Part shown: one piece after another, positions 11,470-23,791 of the stretch
Numbering within the stretch: the stretch's first letter is position 1
Layout of the letters: every line of letters starts with the position of its first letter
Assembly (NCBI GenBank): GCA_016906335.1
Contig: JADEYG010000003.1
Location: forward strand, 124,001-188,000
Direction of reading: 5' to 3'
DNA length: 64,000 nucleotides
Source: Novakomyces olei
Taxonomy: Eukaryota
Position numbers and translations under genes: made by a program
The notes under the pieces: generated by a model
Told to the model about the DNA's origin: nothing
Databases searched by the model: none
Seen by the model: only the letters and a program-made list of their open reading frames with translations

Positions 11470-12083
11470 TGGGAGGCAGGTGAGAGCATTAGCTGAATGT
11501 ATACCATTGCATAATATTTAGACTAGCATATCAAATTTCATGGCAATTTACAATTAGATTTTGTGGAGAAGTAGGCGATTGTAGCTAGTGGAGTACTCGT
11601 CTTTTAGATTTAGAGCTTTACCAGTTTTGCGTAAAACTAGATGCAAGTTCAAACGAGGTGAAAGCAAAGCAAAATAAGAAAACAAATAGGTCATACGAAT
11701 AAATGTGTTGGAAATAAAATCAAATAATATTGAAATGTAGAATTCATGGGCCGTCTCTTTGGTCATGCTTAATTGAAAAAAAAACAAATTTGACTTGCTG
11801 GCTGACAAAAATAATCATTTTAAACCAATCTAAATAATCAGATAATTAATTCTTTAATTATTTTTATTATCTCTCTATTAATAAACTGCATGCTTATGAA
11901 AAGTAAGAGGTGCCATCCGTTACACGTGTATGCCGACAGCAACAGTGTACTAGCTTTTGAATAATTTTAAAATGCAGATTGCAAGCATTCAATGACCATA
12001 ATCTATAATAAACAGCTATTCTGCCGCTCTCTTTTATCCCTTATTGACCAGCCCCAGGCTTCAAGTAGCGGAGCAGTATGCCT

Positions 12084-15000
12084 TTATGTACGCGCCATAA
12101 CGGCCTTGAAGATTTGCTGTTGCACAGGATCAAGACAAGGCAAGAGGCTCGCTTCCAATGCTCCCGGATACTGAGCGTGTAGCCGCTCAATACTGTTCCG
12201 GAACTCGGCGTAAACGTCAACAGCATCGAGCGGTGTTTCAAACGAAGGATCTTCGTCAAAGACACTAATCAGAAACTCGTCTTCCTCGTCCTCATAGTCC
12301 TCATCCTCATCCTCATCCTCATCGTCCTCGTCTCCAGCTTGTGAGCTTTGCAGGCCTTCGCTATTAGGAGCATTCGGAAACTCGGCCTGTTTCTTTTGCG
12401 CCTGCTTTAAGCGCCTCGATTCCTTGTCAAGATACTCCAGATACTGCTGGTCTTTGCCGCTCAGCACATTGTCCGCATTGTTCTTGTCACTCTTGTCGCC
12501 GGCTGCTGTTCCGGTATGACCCGCCCCGCTTGGGCCCTGAGTGCTCCATCCTGTGCCGCTTCCATCGTCCTCTGTGTGAATTTGACGTGCTACTTGAAAG
12601 GCATTTTCACTCACACGCGGGTCGTCCTGTACCCCTCCATCCGCGGCCGACTCGTCTAGCCAATCAGACTCCTGATTTGCGGCATCTTCATCATCGTCCT
12701 CGTCATCGAAATCAGCAAATCCATCAGCCAGGTAGCTGCCAAAACTGTCGTCGTAGGTTTTGGCCTCTTCGCGATCTAAAAAGTTAGTTTATTCGGGAAT
12801 ATTATCATCCAAAAGTAAGGAAATAACAGTAATTTGAGAATGTGATTGGGAGTTAAATATAGTTAATTGGACCAAGAACCAAACGGATTTCGTTTTGATC
12901 GTATCATCCGCTGCGATAATGACTGATCCAAACCCAAAAAGCATTCATCGACTCCAAAATAGATAGAATAAATAATAAATAAATAAATAAATAAATAAAT
13001 AGACGGATAAAAAGTTGCTAAAACTCACTCTTCATTGCAGCCGGCAACGATGCTAACAGCGATAAAATCCCCTTCAAAGTCGTTTGATTGGCTTGCGCAA
13101 ATTGTGCATCGTTTGCATTCTCCGAGCAAAGCTGTATCAACTTCAACGAAGCCAGAATAGCCAGCTTTTTGTCATGAACACGTCGAAAGTGCCTTAAATC
13201 CTCGGCGAGGGTAACGAAAAATGCACTAGTGTATCCCGAATTGCTCAAAAGCATCAACGTATGTCCCGCGTTGCATAAAATGCCGTTTAAAATCGTTTCC
13301 AATAGAAATACTCTCTGTTTTGTTGAACTGATTGGGCTATTTATATCGGCAAACAGCATATTTGCTGCAGTATTAATCATATACTCAAAAACGCTGAGAT
13401 CCAAGGCTTCACCTACATAGAGCAGAAGACCCTCCATGAGCTTACAGCAATGGACCACCGTTGTCGGTGAGCAAACAGGCGGTTCCAGGCCAATTTGTAT
13501 TGTGCGCAAAAGAGCGGAAGTAGCCGCTGAATGGCCAGAAAGTCCTTCCTTTCCATAGGCAATAATATTGAGAAATGCTGGAGTAGCATAGTCAATTACT
13601 TCCAGCTGGCCCTGGCAAAGTGCCTCATTCATTACGAGGAAGAACTTCCACATGTTATCGGACACTCGCTTAGAGCAATAAGTAAGACTGTCCACGATAT
13701 CAAAGACTTCGTTGTACATTTCGTCAATGCCTTTTTGGAAGACGAATAGGAGCGGCGGTAAGACGATGACTTCCAGCTCTGCCAGCACTGACTGAGAGTT
13801 GTCAAGGCTTAGTATCATGGTTCCAATAGTGGAGAGGATCCCGAGAGCACTGGCGCCTTTGTCTTCAAATATTTCATCTGTATCGATACCGCCCTCGTTG
13901 TCGTCTAAATCCTGTACAATTCTCATAAAATTTGCCGTCAATTGCTGAGCCATTTCCACTGTAAACGGTGTAAGCTCCTGCGAGAAGTTCTCCACAAAGT
14001 CGCCCATAACATTAGGCAACAAATCAATATCAATTTCATTTGATATCAGCAAAAGCTGACGCATTATCTGTGCAGCATCCGGCGCCATTCGCTCTCGAAT
14101 TGCAGCGTTTTTAATAAGCGGTTGTAGGGCCAGAGACGCTTCTACCCTTACCGCAAGATCAGAATCTGTCAGGCAGCGTAAAACGCTATTGTAAGCAGCA
14201 ATTGCGTTATCCTCATGCTCGAATTTGATGTCCGCATAGCGGTTTAAAAATTCACAGGCCCGAGCCCGTAGGTATCCCACACTACTCTGAAATTCAGGAA
14301 GAACAAGCCGGACGAAAAAGTCTTCCATAGCATCTGCCACTGAACTGCGTTTTCTCATAACTGCCGCGGCCAAGCATCCGATCATACGTAATGCTCCTTC
14401 TTTCTGCCGAGCCCGAAGCAGTGAAGGTGTGTTAGGCTGATTGGTGTCATTTGATTCTTTTGCATTCACCAGCACCGAGTTGATAAACGTTAATATTGGA
14501 ACAAGGCATTGCTTTCGCCTTCTATACGAAATTGTACACAGAAAGTTGGATGCCGCAATGTCAGACGAATTGTAGTCGTCATATATGTCTGAGATGTAAG
14601 AATAAGTCTTTGTTGTTTGCTTCATCCTTCAAAGTCGGAAGAGGAGTGGCTGGAAGGATTTTAAAAAAAATTTACTAAATTAAATTAAATTCGAAAATCA
14701 AATAAAGTAAAGCCAAATAAAGTAAAACCAAATCAACAAATCAAATAAAAAAAAACCCCTTAAACATCTGAGAATAGAAAAATTGTCATTTGACGATACA
14801 AAAACAAAAATTGAAAACGTCAATTATCATACAATTATGACAACCAAAACAAGTAGATTATGTTTAAGTAACTGGAATCATTAGACAAAATAATGTTTAA
14901 CGTACCGATCTTTTTATGAATGTATTCCTCAGGATCTGCCTCCCACAACTCCTCGTCGTCCTCCGTAGGACAGAGCAATGGGAATATGAAGCTGGAGACA

Positions 15001-16261
15001 AGTGCCTGAACATGTGGTCGAAGAAGTCGCCACATGCCTTTAACCTTTATACAACCCTCGAAAAACGTAACGATATAATAAATACAGCGATCGCTGACAA
15101 AAACGCTGCCTTGAATCCATTGCTCCACAATGGAAAGGTAAGCTCGAAGAATTTCAGGCGCAAATTGATGCGAAAACTTTTCAGCAAACTCGTGGTAGTC
15201 CTTTGACATATCGGAAGAAACTGCAGATGAATCTCCGTACCGATTAGCAAGATGATTAAGGCAGTGGAAGGCCCATTTCTTGCACTTCATCCATGGAAAA
15301 GCATTACGACTCTCCGTATCTACAGGCAAAGACTCCTTGTCTAGAGGTTTAGTAGCAATACCAAGCAGCAGTGTGCCCCAGGGAATAATCGATTCGTTTT
15401 GCTGTAAAGGTTTAGGCAGCTCATAATCTATCACAGTTCGATAACATTTAAGGCAAAGCCTTAATAGATTTCCAGCGTCTGGAGCTTCCTCATTAGATAA
15501 GCTCTGGGAGACACGTAGTAAAATAGGAAAAGTCGTAGCAATTATGCGGTCAAGTTCGCGCCTTTTTGCTCCAGAACGCCACCGGTAGACTTTGCAAAGT
15601 TCAAGCAAACAGATAAGTCCAGCACGCACGTTATCCACAGATTCAGAAGCTAAAAGGTTCGCAACTGTTTCCAAGAATCCGGGCCAGCCGTCAGGATAAT
15701 CGCATGAGAGGATTGTGTGGAGAACTTCAAGCAATTGCTTTTGCAAACGATCAGGCGCATGAATAAGAACAGGCATAAGTTGATCGCGAAAATTTAGTTT
15801 TGTGCCATCGTCCAATGGCTGTACTGTCCGTGAAGCCGACCATCTCCGACCAACCACGTTTTTTATGTATACAGCAGCTGTCGTTAGAAACAGGTCATTC
15901 GAGGGGAAGCGTGTATGTCCGACAAAAAAAAATAAATTTAAAGAAATAATAGAAATTAGTCAGAGAAAAGTATATCAATCAGATAGAATCGAGGTCAGAA
16001 TGTAAACGATTAAGCCCGGGTGGAAGCCTACCAATATGCTTTGCTGGAATTTCTTGTGGTAAAGCCACTACTGCCAGCAGCAGCGACAGTGCCTGTGGCT
16101 GTTGCTCGACCTTTGTGTCCCAGTTAGTGAAAAAGATGTATATAATAAATCTGGATAAAAGGTACCTGTTTCAGCTGAAGTTCCGCAGACCGCCGAGCAT
16201 TAATATCAGCATCAAGTGTACTAGACAGTAGAGCTACAAGCACAGCTTGATCGTTGTCCAT
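12084..16261 (-). CDS. NMD5: Importin-7/Nmd5/Sxm1-type karyopherin beta, 5 exons
   Basis: IBN_N-like start (..RRSAELQLKQ..AAVYIKN), then DYPDGWP, WMKCKKWA, LWEADPEEYI, LRARAC, RVHDKKL and an acidic C-terminus. Four canonical introns. Confidence 0.9.
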
Positions 16262-16419
16262 TGTATACGCTCCACGTCGAGATTAACTGACCCCACTAGT
16301 CTCGAGATTTAAATTTCAATCATGAGCATGTGTGTGCCAATTTATTATATTATTATTCTTTATCATAATATAGTCTTATTATAGTCCTTATTACGAATTA
16401 TTATATTTATAAATTTGAC

Positions 16420-16516
16420 AATACCATAAATTCATTAATACCATAAATTCGTTAATACCATAAATTTGTTAATACTATAAATTTGTAAATACCAATAATT
16501 TGCTAGTACCATAAAT
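16420..16516. repeat. Degenerate 17-bp tandem repeat (AATACCATAAATTYRTT) x~6
   Basis: Read directly in the divergent NMD5/CYB2 intergenic region. Confidence 0.85.
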
Positions 16517-16731
16517 GTGAAGAAATCTGTCGATAAGAATTGTAAAATTCATTTATTATATTGTGACATTTCAATTATGCGCCAGATAATACCCATATCC
16601 ATTCGCCCATATATTAGTCTAGTAACCCAAACAAACAGGGTTTTCTTTCCCCACATTTTCTAGCAAATCACGGTGAAGGCAATAATATAATCGGCACTTG
16701 AGCCCGTAAGGAACACCCCAACTCTGCCACT

Positions 16732-18572
16732 ATGCTCTCTTTTGACGAGGTCAAATCGCACAACAGCAAATCGTCGTGTTGGGTCGTAGTGCACGGCAAA
16801 GCCTACGATGTAACAGAATTTTTACCTGAACAGTACGTGCTCGCCAGATTCAATACTGTTTGAGACAACCTGTTTTATAATTCAAATTTGCGCTAACCCC
16901 GAAAAGCCCCGGCGGCAGTGCAATTCTACTAAAATACGGAGGCAAAGACGCCACTGAAGCATAGTAAGTACTCGCAATGACGTGATGGCGTCAAGTACTG
17001 TACAGGGCTACGACTAAATCTGCAGTGATCCTATCCATCCGCCCGGGATTATAAGCGAAAACTTGCCTCCCACTAAACATCTGGGCGAGGTAGATCTCGC
17101 TACTTTTCCTCAACCCTCCGCCAAAGATCTGCCCGAGGAGGAACAGAAACGACTGGCCCGTATTGAAAATAGACCGGCTATCTCGGAATGCTTTAATCTG
17201 TTCGACTTTGAGGCGATTGCTCGCCAAACATTAAAGAAAACAGCATGGGCCTATTATTCCTCCGGTGCCGATGACGAAATCACCATGCGTGAGAATCATG
17301 CTGCCTTTGGACGGATCTGGTTCCGTCCTCGGATCCTTGTAGACGTGGAGAGCATTGATTTGAGCACAACAATGCTGGGTACACGGGTAGATGCGCCTTT
17401 CTATGTGACGGCTACTGCTCTCGGTAAACTGGGTCATCCAGAGGGAGAAGTGGTTCTCACCCAGGGCGCAGCTCGCCATAATGTCGTGCAAATGATCCCG
17501 ACTCTGGCCAGCTGCTCTTTTGATGAAATCGTGGATGCTCGGGACGATGTTCACGTACAATGGCTGCAGTTGTACGTGAACAAGGAGCGTGAAGTTACAC
17601 GCAAATACGTGCAACACGCAGAGCGACGTGGATGCAAGGGGCTTTTTATTACTGTCGATGCGCCTCAACTGTAAGCTGTGAATATTTTTTAGTGTTTTAA
17701 TTATTATTTTATTTTATTTTATTTTAATTTGTTTAATTTTATTTAATTTAATTTTATCTTGGTTTGTTTATTTCATTATATTCATTAATACTACATTCTT
17801 TTGTTTCAATATCTGTTTGCTAGTTTTTCTACAACTATGTCAATTTTTGAGTTATATTATAATTTTCTCTTCATTTCGATAATATTCTCAATGCTAATGT
17901 TAAAGTGGCCGGAGAGAAAAAGATATGCGGGTCAAGTATGACGATAATCCTGCCAATGTGCAGACGGAAAGCGTGAACCGTAATGAAGGAGCCGCTCGTG
18001 CAATTTCTTCTTTTATTGATCCTTCTCTAAGTTGGAAGGATATTCCTTGGTTTAAAACGATAACAAAAATGCCCATTGTTCTCAAAGGCGTCCAGCGTGC
18101 AGAAGATGTACTGAAAGCCGTTGAGTACGGAGTCGACGGTGTTGTCCTCTCCAATCACGGAGGCCGTCAGCTTGAGTATGCCCGGTCTTCCATTGAAGTT
18201 TTGGTTGAAGCAATGGACGCCTTGATTGAACGCGGCTGGCAAGACAAGCTGGAAGTGTATGTTGATGGTGGTATTCGTAGAGGCACGGATATTATAAAGG
18301 CTCTTTGCCTGGGAGCCAAAGGAGTCGGAATCGGACGTCCTTTTCTGTACGCTATGAGCGCATACGGCGTTGAAGGTGTGGACCGTGCAATGCAGCTCTT
18401 CAAGGACGAAATGGTTATGAACATGAGGCTTATTGGCGCCGCCAGTATTGCAGACCTCAACAGGTCTCTTGTTGATGTGCGTTCCGTTTCTGCCCACGCG
18501 GGAAGTGTTCCCCGTGATTATTTGTCGGAAGGTGTGTACGATCGACTCGTACTGCCCAAACCAAAGCTGTAG
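16732..18572 (+). CDS. CYB2: Flavocytochrome b2 / L-lactate dehydrogenase (cytochrome)-like, 4 exons
   Basis: Cytochrome b5 domain (CWVVVHGKAYDVTEFLPEH|PGG) plus FMN domain (WAYYSSGADDE, TVDAPQLGRRE, SNHGGRQ, DGGIRRGTD). Introns 16833-16906, 16964-17025 and 17671-17905. Confidence 0.93.
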
Positions 18573-18611
18573 CAGGCATGCATAGAATTTCGTTGTGCAC
18601 AATAAATTGAT

Positions 18612-18732
18612 AAAATGTAATTAAATAATTAAATATAATTAAATATAGTTAAATATAATTAAATGTAATTAAATGTAATTAAATATAATTAAATATAATT
18701 AAATATAAATTTAAACATAAATTTAAATATGA
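18612..18732. repeat. AT-rich 10-bp repeat (AATTAAATAT)n
   Basis: About 10 degenerate copies between the convergent CYB2 and ASH2 3' ends. Confidence 0.85.
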
Positions 18733-18763
18733 TTTGATCATAATTAGACAGTTACCCAGTCTG

Positions 18764-21493
18764 TCAGACCTGGGCATGGTGCAATATTGGCGTCCCTGCT
18801 CCCGGGGAAGAAGACTCACGAGACATTGCCTCTTGCAGATGAGAATAGTATTGAGATGGTTGTTGCTGCATTGAAGGCAGTGGCTCAGTTGTCGCTACTG
18901 CTGACGTCTTTGATTCTCCTTCCATTGCTTCTTCAACTACTATTTCATCCAAAATATCATACACTACATCCTCTGCAATTTGAGAATCGTAACGCTCGCA
19001 CGCAGCAATTGCTCCCTCAGGAATCGGATACGAAAATTCTGGTCCGAAAACAAATTCAGCACAGCCGCCCTTGAAAACACTTATAGCCGGAAAGTAGCCC
19101 AGTGACCCATCGTCAATATCGCCACTGCCATCGGGAGCAATTCGACTGTTTGTGTTTAAATGGCTGTACGGTGGCATAAACGGGTAAAGGCCCTCAAAGG
19201 CTATACCCATATCCCGACCGTTCTTGAAAACCCTGACAAACGACCCGGGCAGAGGCGGAGGCGGGTCTGGTCGCTTCCGATTAGGTGGCAGTGCGGGCGA
19301 GGCTAAATCTTCCATTTCTTTGCTCACTCCGTACTCTGGCATTTCAAAGTACAATTGGCCCCTGTACCTGATGGGGATTCGGTCGCGTATAATTGGAGCT
19401 GCCTTGGTAGAGCCTGTACCAACACTCGCATTAGCACTAGTAGTGCCGTGACTAGTGCCATTACTAGTACTGTGACTAGTGTTGTGACTAGTGTTGTGAC
19501 TAGTACTGTGACTAGTACTGTGACTAGTACTGTGACTAGTACTATGACTAGTACTATGACTAGTACTATGACTAGTACTATGACTAGTGTTGTGACTAGT
19601 AGTTGCACTATTCAAGTCTGGCAGCACTACGTGAAAGCCAATCACGTCCCCGCTTTCTATATCCTCGCCCATAAAATCACGTGGACGCGACATGTGCATT
19701 GCTTGGCCTTGAACGTCGCGTAAGCCATAGCTGTACGCGTCAAAGCCGACAGGAGCTTCCAGCGAAGCCTCGCGTCTAGCTAGGCCAAGCCGCACGTGGC
19801 CACCTTGAGCGGTATTATTATGAGCATTCGTATTCTTATTACCAGCACTCTGGTGCACTTTTATTTCGTAATAAAAGCTTCCAGACCGAAGACAGATATT
19901 ACTGCGCACCATACGGAACCCAGTGTTGCTTGTAGCCTTCAAAAAGTCACCAGAAACAAGAGCCATTGGCGACATATCACTGACTTCAATGCCGCGTTGA
20001 AAAGGCGGCAACTCTACTCGTCGGTACATTATACCCGGAAACTTCCGGGCCGCCTCACACGGGTAATACCGGTACCCGCGCCTATTAAAAGGCACTTCTT
20101 CCAGCTGGAAAAAGGGGTACTTTTCTGCTGCGTTTGCCGGTGTTGCTACGGGTTGTAGCACTGGAGCTTTGCCGGGAACAAAATCAGACTCTCGCCAAGG
20201 CGGAGGCCTCATCCAGACCGTCTGAATTTCGGGAGCTTTAGGCTCCGATCCGGACTGCTTCGTTTTCCCTTTGGCACTGCCGCTGGACAAAGAGGTATTT
20301 GCTGCAGCGGCAGACTGTTTTTTCCAGGATTCTTTACGCTCTCTAGCTTCACGAGGCACAGTCCCATCTTCTCCGGCTTTTTGCTGCTTTTCTGGTGGAG
20401 CCGGAGACGACGGAGACGAGGATGACTCGGCTGATAGCCGCCGTTTCCGCAGTCTGTCGAGCGGAGAGATATAGCCCGGCCGAAACTGGAAAAGGTCCAT
20501 ATTGACAAGCGTATAATCGGAGTCTTGTCCACGCGACTCGTGCTCCTCGTCACGAGCCTGGAAAACTATGCGGCCTGTTTGAATAGCAGCGAGAATATGG
20601 GTACTGATCTGGGCAGGATCAAATTCGCGTCCTGTGGCCAGAGACTGCCATACATCAGGGCGCTGCAAGTAAGGGACAATGTCCGCTTTAGCATTGTAAT
20701 AATGTGGGCCACTCTGCGAAATAGCGGCCTGGTTGCTGGAGCAGAGATCAGTGCCAGAGGCGGCCAGGCCTTGTATAGTGAGATTGCCAAGAGCAATGGC
20801 AGCAATTGCCCGCCAGCTTGATAGTGAGGGGCGCGCCAATGTTTCGGGGCCAGAGTTACACGATTTGCACGCAAAACTGTAGTTTGTATTGAGAGGCAGA
20901 AGCTGTTCTTCCGTAAACGCTGTGCAGCCCTGGTGGAAAAAGTTCTTGCAGCCTGTTTGTCAGTGGCACGAAGGATTAGAGCGTAAAGGTAGGAGCCATA
21001 GCCAATTTTTACTAGTCATTGCCAGTTTTTACTAGTCATTGCCAATTGTACTAGTCATTGCCAGATTTTACTAGTCATAAGCATTTCTAGTCATAGCACT
21101 TCTAGTCATAGCACTTCTAGTCATAGCACTTCTAGTCATAGCACTTCTAGTCACAGCCACTTTGTAGAGTCATAGACACAGTCATAGCGGAGACGTATAA
21201 CAAAATGGCACAATGGCTCCAACAAAGAATCCAGTCGGCTCAAACTGAGCTGCCAATTGTCGCTTACCTGAGCACATAAAATCAACACGGTCCAGCCGCC
21301 GATCTTCGCCGCAGTAGCAGAACTTGTGCTCTGCGTTTACAGTGTGTGTCGTGTTCCAGTGGACATCGGCCGCGTCGTATACGAACAAACCTCGTTTCTG
21401 CCACGCAACTATATAGTGTCAGTGTCTATAAGTATAGTGCCAATTACCGTCTTTTGCAGACTGCTCTGTGGCTCCTGCGTCAGCAGTGTCCAT
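18764..21493 (-). CDS. ASH2: COMPASS subunit Ash2 (N-terminal PHD-like finger plus SPRY domain), 3 exons
   Basis: KFCYCGEDR..MCS|GCKNFFHQGC finger. SPRY motifs HVRLGLARREASLEAPVGFDAYSYGLRD, IIRDRIPIRYRGQLYFE and LGYFPAISVFKGG. ATG at 21493, two introns. Confidence 0.92.
19443..19600 (-). repeat. Coding 12-bp minisatellite encoding (S/N)TSH x~13 inside ASH2
   Basis: Plus-strand units ACTATGACTAGT / ACTGTGACTAGT / GTTGTGACTAGT. Confidence 0.95.
21001..21172. repeat. Intronic arrays in ASH2 intron 2: ~20-bp x4 and 15-bp (GCACTTCTAGTCATA) x5
   Basis: Read directly; all units contain CTAGTCA. Confidence 0.93.
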
Positions 21494-21867
21494 AGCGACG
21501 AGCCCGATCGTGTCACACTCGTTCTGCTATGAAAATCACAGTTCAGCGACAGCGAAATAATGTACGGCAATTGGCCATGCGACTGTACTGTTACGAATTG
21601 CAAGTACTTTTTCTATCTATATTATAGATTTGACGGCGACGTGGAGAGCTGGGCGATAAGAATAAAAATTATACTATCAAATTATAATCCACTTGTAATG
21701 TATGAGCAAAGAGCAGATAGACATGTGGATTATAATATAAGATATATTGATATATTTTTATATAGATTTTTTAAATTAAAAAAATATTAGATAAAAAAAG
21801 TTGGATTAAAAAAATTAGACAAAACTTGTATTAAAACTCATCGTTTGGCCGTTTGGGCAATTGCAAA

Positions 21868-23500
21868 ATGCCGCGCGCACCAAAAGCGCTGGGCCAGCAG
21901 CGGCGGCCGCTGTACCAGGACATAGCAGCGGCAAAAGAGACAGGAAAGTTATCTAACAAGCAATCGAAGCAGTCAAAGCGAGCTGCTGAACCAGCTAAAC
22001 CAGACACAGAAGAATACATTGATGCGAAAAGCACGAGACGGATTCTGGAGCTGGCTCGGCAGCAGCAAAAAGAGGTGGAGGCAGAGTTTAATGGCGGCTT
22101 TCCCGAAAATATCTATAAAACACGGCTAAACGATAAAGCGCTACAACAAAAAGAGCAACATAAAGAACAAGAAGAAGATGATGATGAAGATGAAGAAGAG
22201 GAAATTGTAGAGTACCAGGAACGCGATGAGGACGAAGACGAAGAGGAGTTTGAAGACGATATGGCGGCTTTGGAAGGTATTGAGGCCGACGAATTAGAGA
22301 TGAGCGCTGCGGACAGGCGGCTTTTTGAAAAGTATATGCCCCGCAAGGATTTTGCGCAAGAGCCAAGGCAGAGTCTGGCGGATATGATTATGTCGCGGAT
22401 ACGGCAGCACGATGGAACAGAGCAAGAGCCAACGGTCGAACAAGACGAAACGGAGACGGGTCCCGTGCTGCCTCCCAAGGTTGTTGAAGTATACACAAAG
22501 TAAGTAGCAGGAGCTGTTTTGTAGTGTGATTTTCTCTATCATACTTGGCTTTTCTTTTGCCTGCGTGTTTCTGTTGGCTGGCTAACTGGCAGGGTTGGAG
22601 AGCTGTTGGCACGGTACAAGTCTGGCAAGTTGCCAAAAGCCTTCAAAATTATACCCAGTCTTTCAAACTGGGAGGAGGTTGTGTTCCTTACACGGCCGGA
22701 CCAATGGTCGCCGAATGCTTGCTATGAGGCTACACGTGTCTTTATTTCAAATCTGCCTCCTAGCCAGGCTCGTCGGTTTATGAACCTTATTATTCTCGAT
22801 CGTGTACGCAGTGATATTGCAGACAACAAAAAGCTAAATTATCATCTCTACATGGCCCTTAAAAAGGGGCTTTACAAGCCTGCTGCCTGGTTCAAGGGTT
22901 TCTTGTTCCCTCTTGTCACGGTATGTGCTGCATTTGCAAGACGATCTTTTGGGCTCTAATTCTTTTGGGCTCTGATTCTTTTGGGCTTTGATTCTTTTGG
23001 CTTTGGTTTCCTCTCTTTTTATTTATTTTCCTTTTTATTTCTATTCGCCTTGTCTAACTGTTCAGTCGTCGTGTACTCTACGAGAGGCTGCGATTGTAGC
23101 AAGCGTTCTAAGCAAGGTCTCAGTTCCCGTGCTTCACTCGGCAGCTGCACTAATGCGATTGGCGGAAATGGACCCACCCTCAGGGGCAACGTCTCTGTTC
23201 ATGAGAGTGCTTTTGAACAAAAAGTACGCGTTGCCGTACAAAGTCATCGATGAACTCGTGTATCATTTTATGCGCTGGAGGGCTCTTGATCGGCCGCTTG
23301 CCGTCCTCGAACACCAAAGCCTGCTTGTTTTCTGTCAGCGGTACAGGAACGATTTGACTGACGAGCAAAAAGAGGCAATTCTCGATATCGTCAAGGTCAA
23401 GGGCCACCACCAGATTGGCCCAGAAGTGCGTCGTGAGCTTGCGAGCAGTGTGTCGCGTGGGCAGGAAATACCGCAGAATATTGATTTGGATATGGCATAA
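21868..23500 (+). CDS. ENP1: Bystin/Enp1 40S biogenesis factor, 3 exons
   Basis: [65 protein letters not shown] and LNKKYALPY. Introns 22500-22592 and 22921-23065. Confidence 0.96.
22945..23007. repeat. 16-bp tandem repeat (TCTTTTGGGCTCTGAT) x~4 in ENP1 intron 2
   Basis: Read directly. Confidence 0.85.
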
Positions 23501-23661
23501 ACGGGAAATGTGGCCTTGAGTTTATCTTTTACCGAATTAATTCAGCAGACTTTTACATGATAGCGTGGCAGAAATGGCATCTGTACAAGTGTACACTTCC
23601 AATCGTATCGCCGGCGGACAACTGGCACAGCGCCCGAACCAGTTGTAGAAATATTCAGCAA

Positions 23662-23747
23662 TAACCCTAACCCTAGTAAAATTTAATTTATCCTGAGTAA
23701 ACCCTAATTGAACTAATAACCCCCACATTTAACAGAACAAACCCTAA
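23662..23747. promoter_or_regulatory. Telobox cluster (TAACCCTAACCCTAG plus two AAACCCTAA)
   Basis: Four CCCTA-core copies between the convergent ENP1 and SLH1 3' ends. Confidence 0.55.
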
Positions 23748-23791
23748 TATTTTATATCTAGAACGAACCGCCAACGTCAAGGTTCGAGATG

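Noticed and set aside
12777..13028. Possible intronic snoRNAs in the longer introns (NMD5, REX1, TF)
   Set aside because: No properly placed C box (RTGATGA) and D box (CTGA) pair with a terminal stem seen by eye; an Infernal search is needed to exclude them.
21001..21172. Repeat arrays here and at 45305 and 63890 as CRISPR-like
   Set aside because: Head-to-tail tandem units with no unique spacers, no cas genes, and a eukaryotic context.
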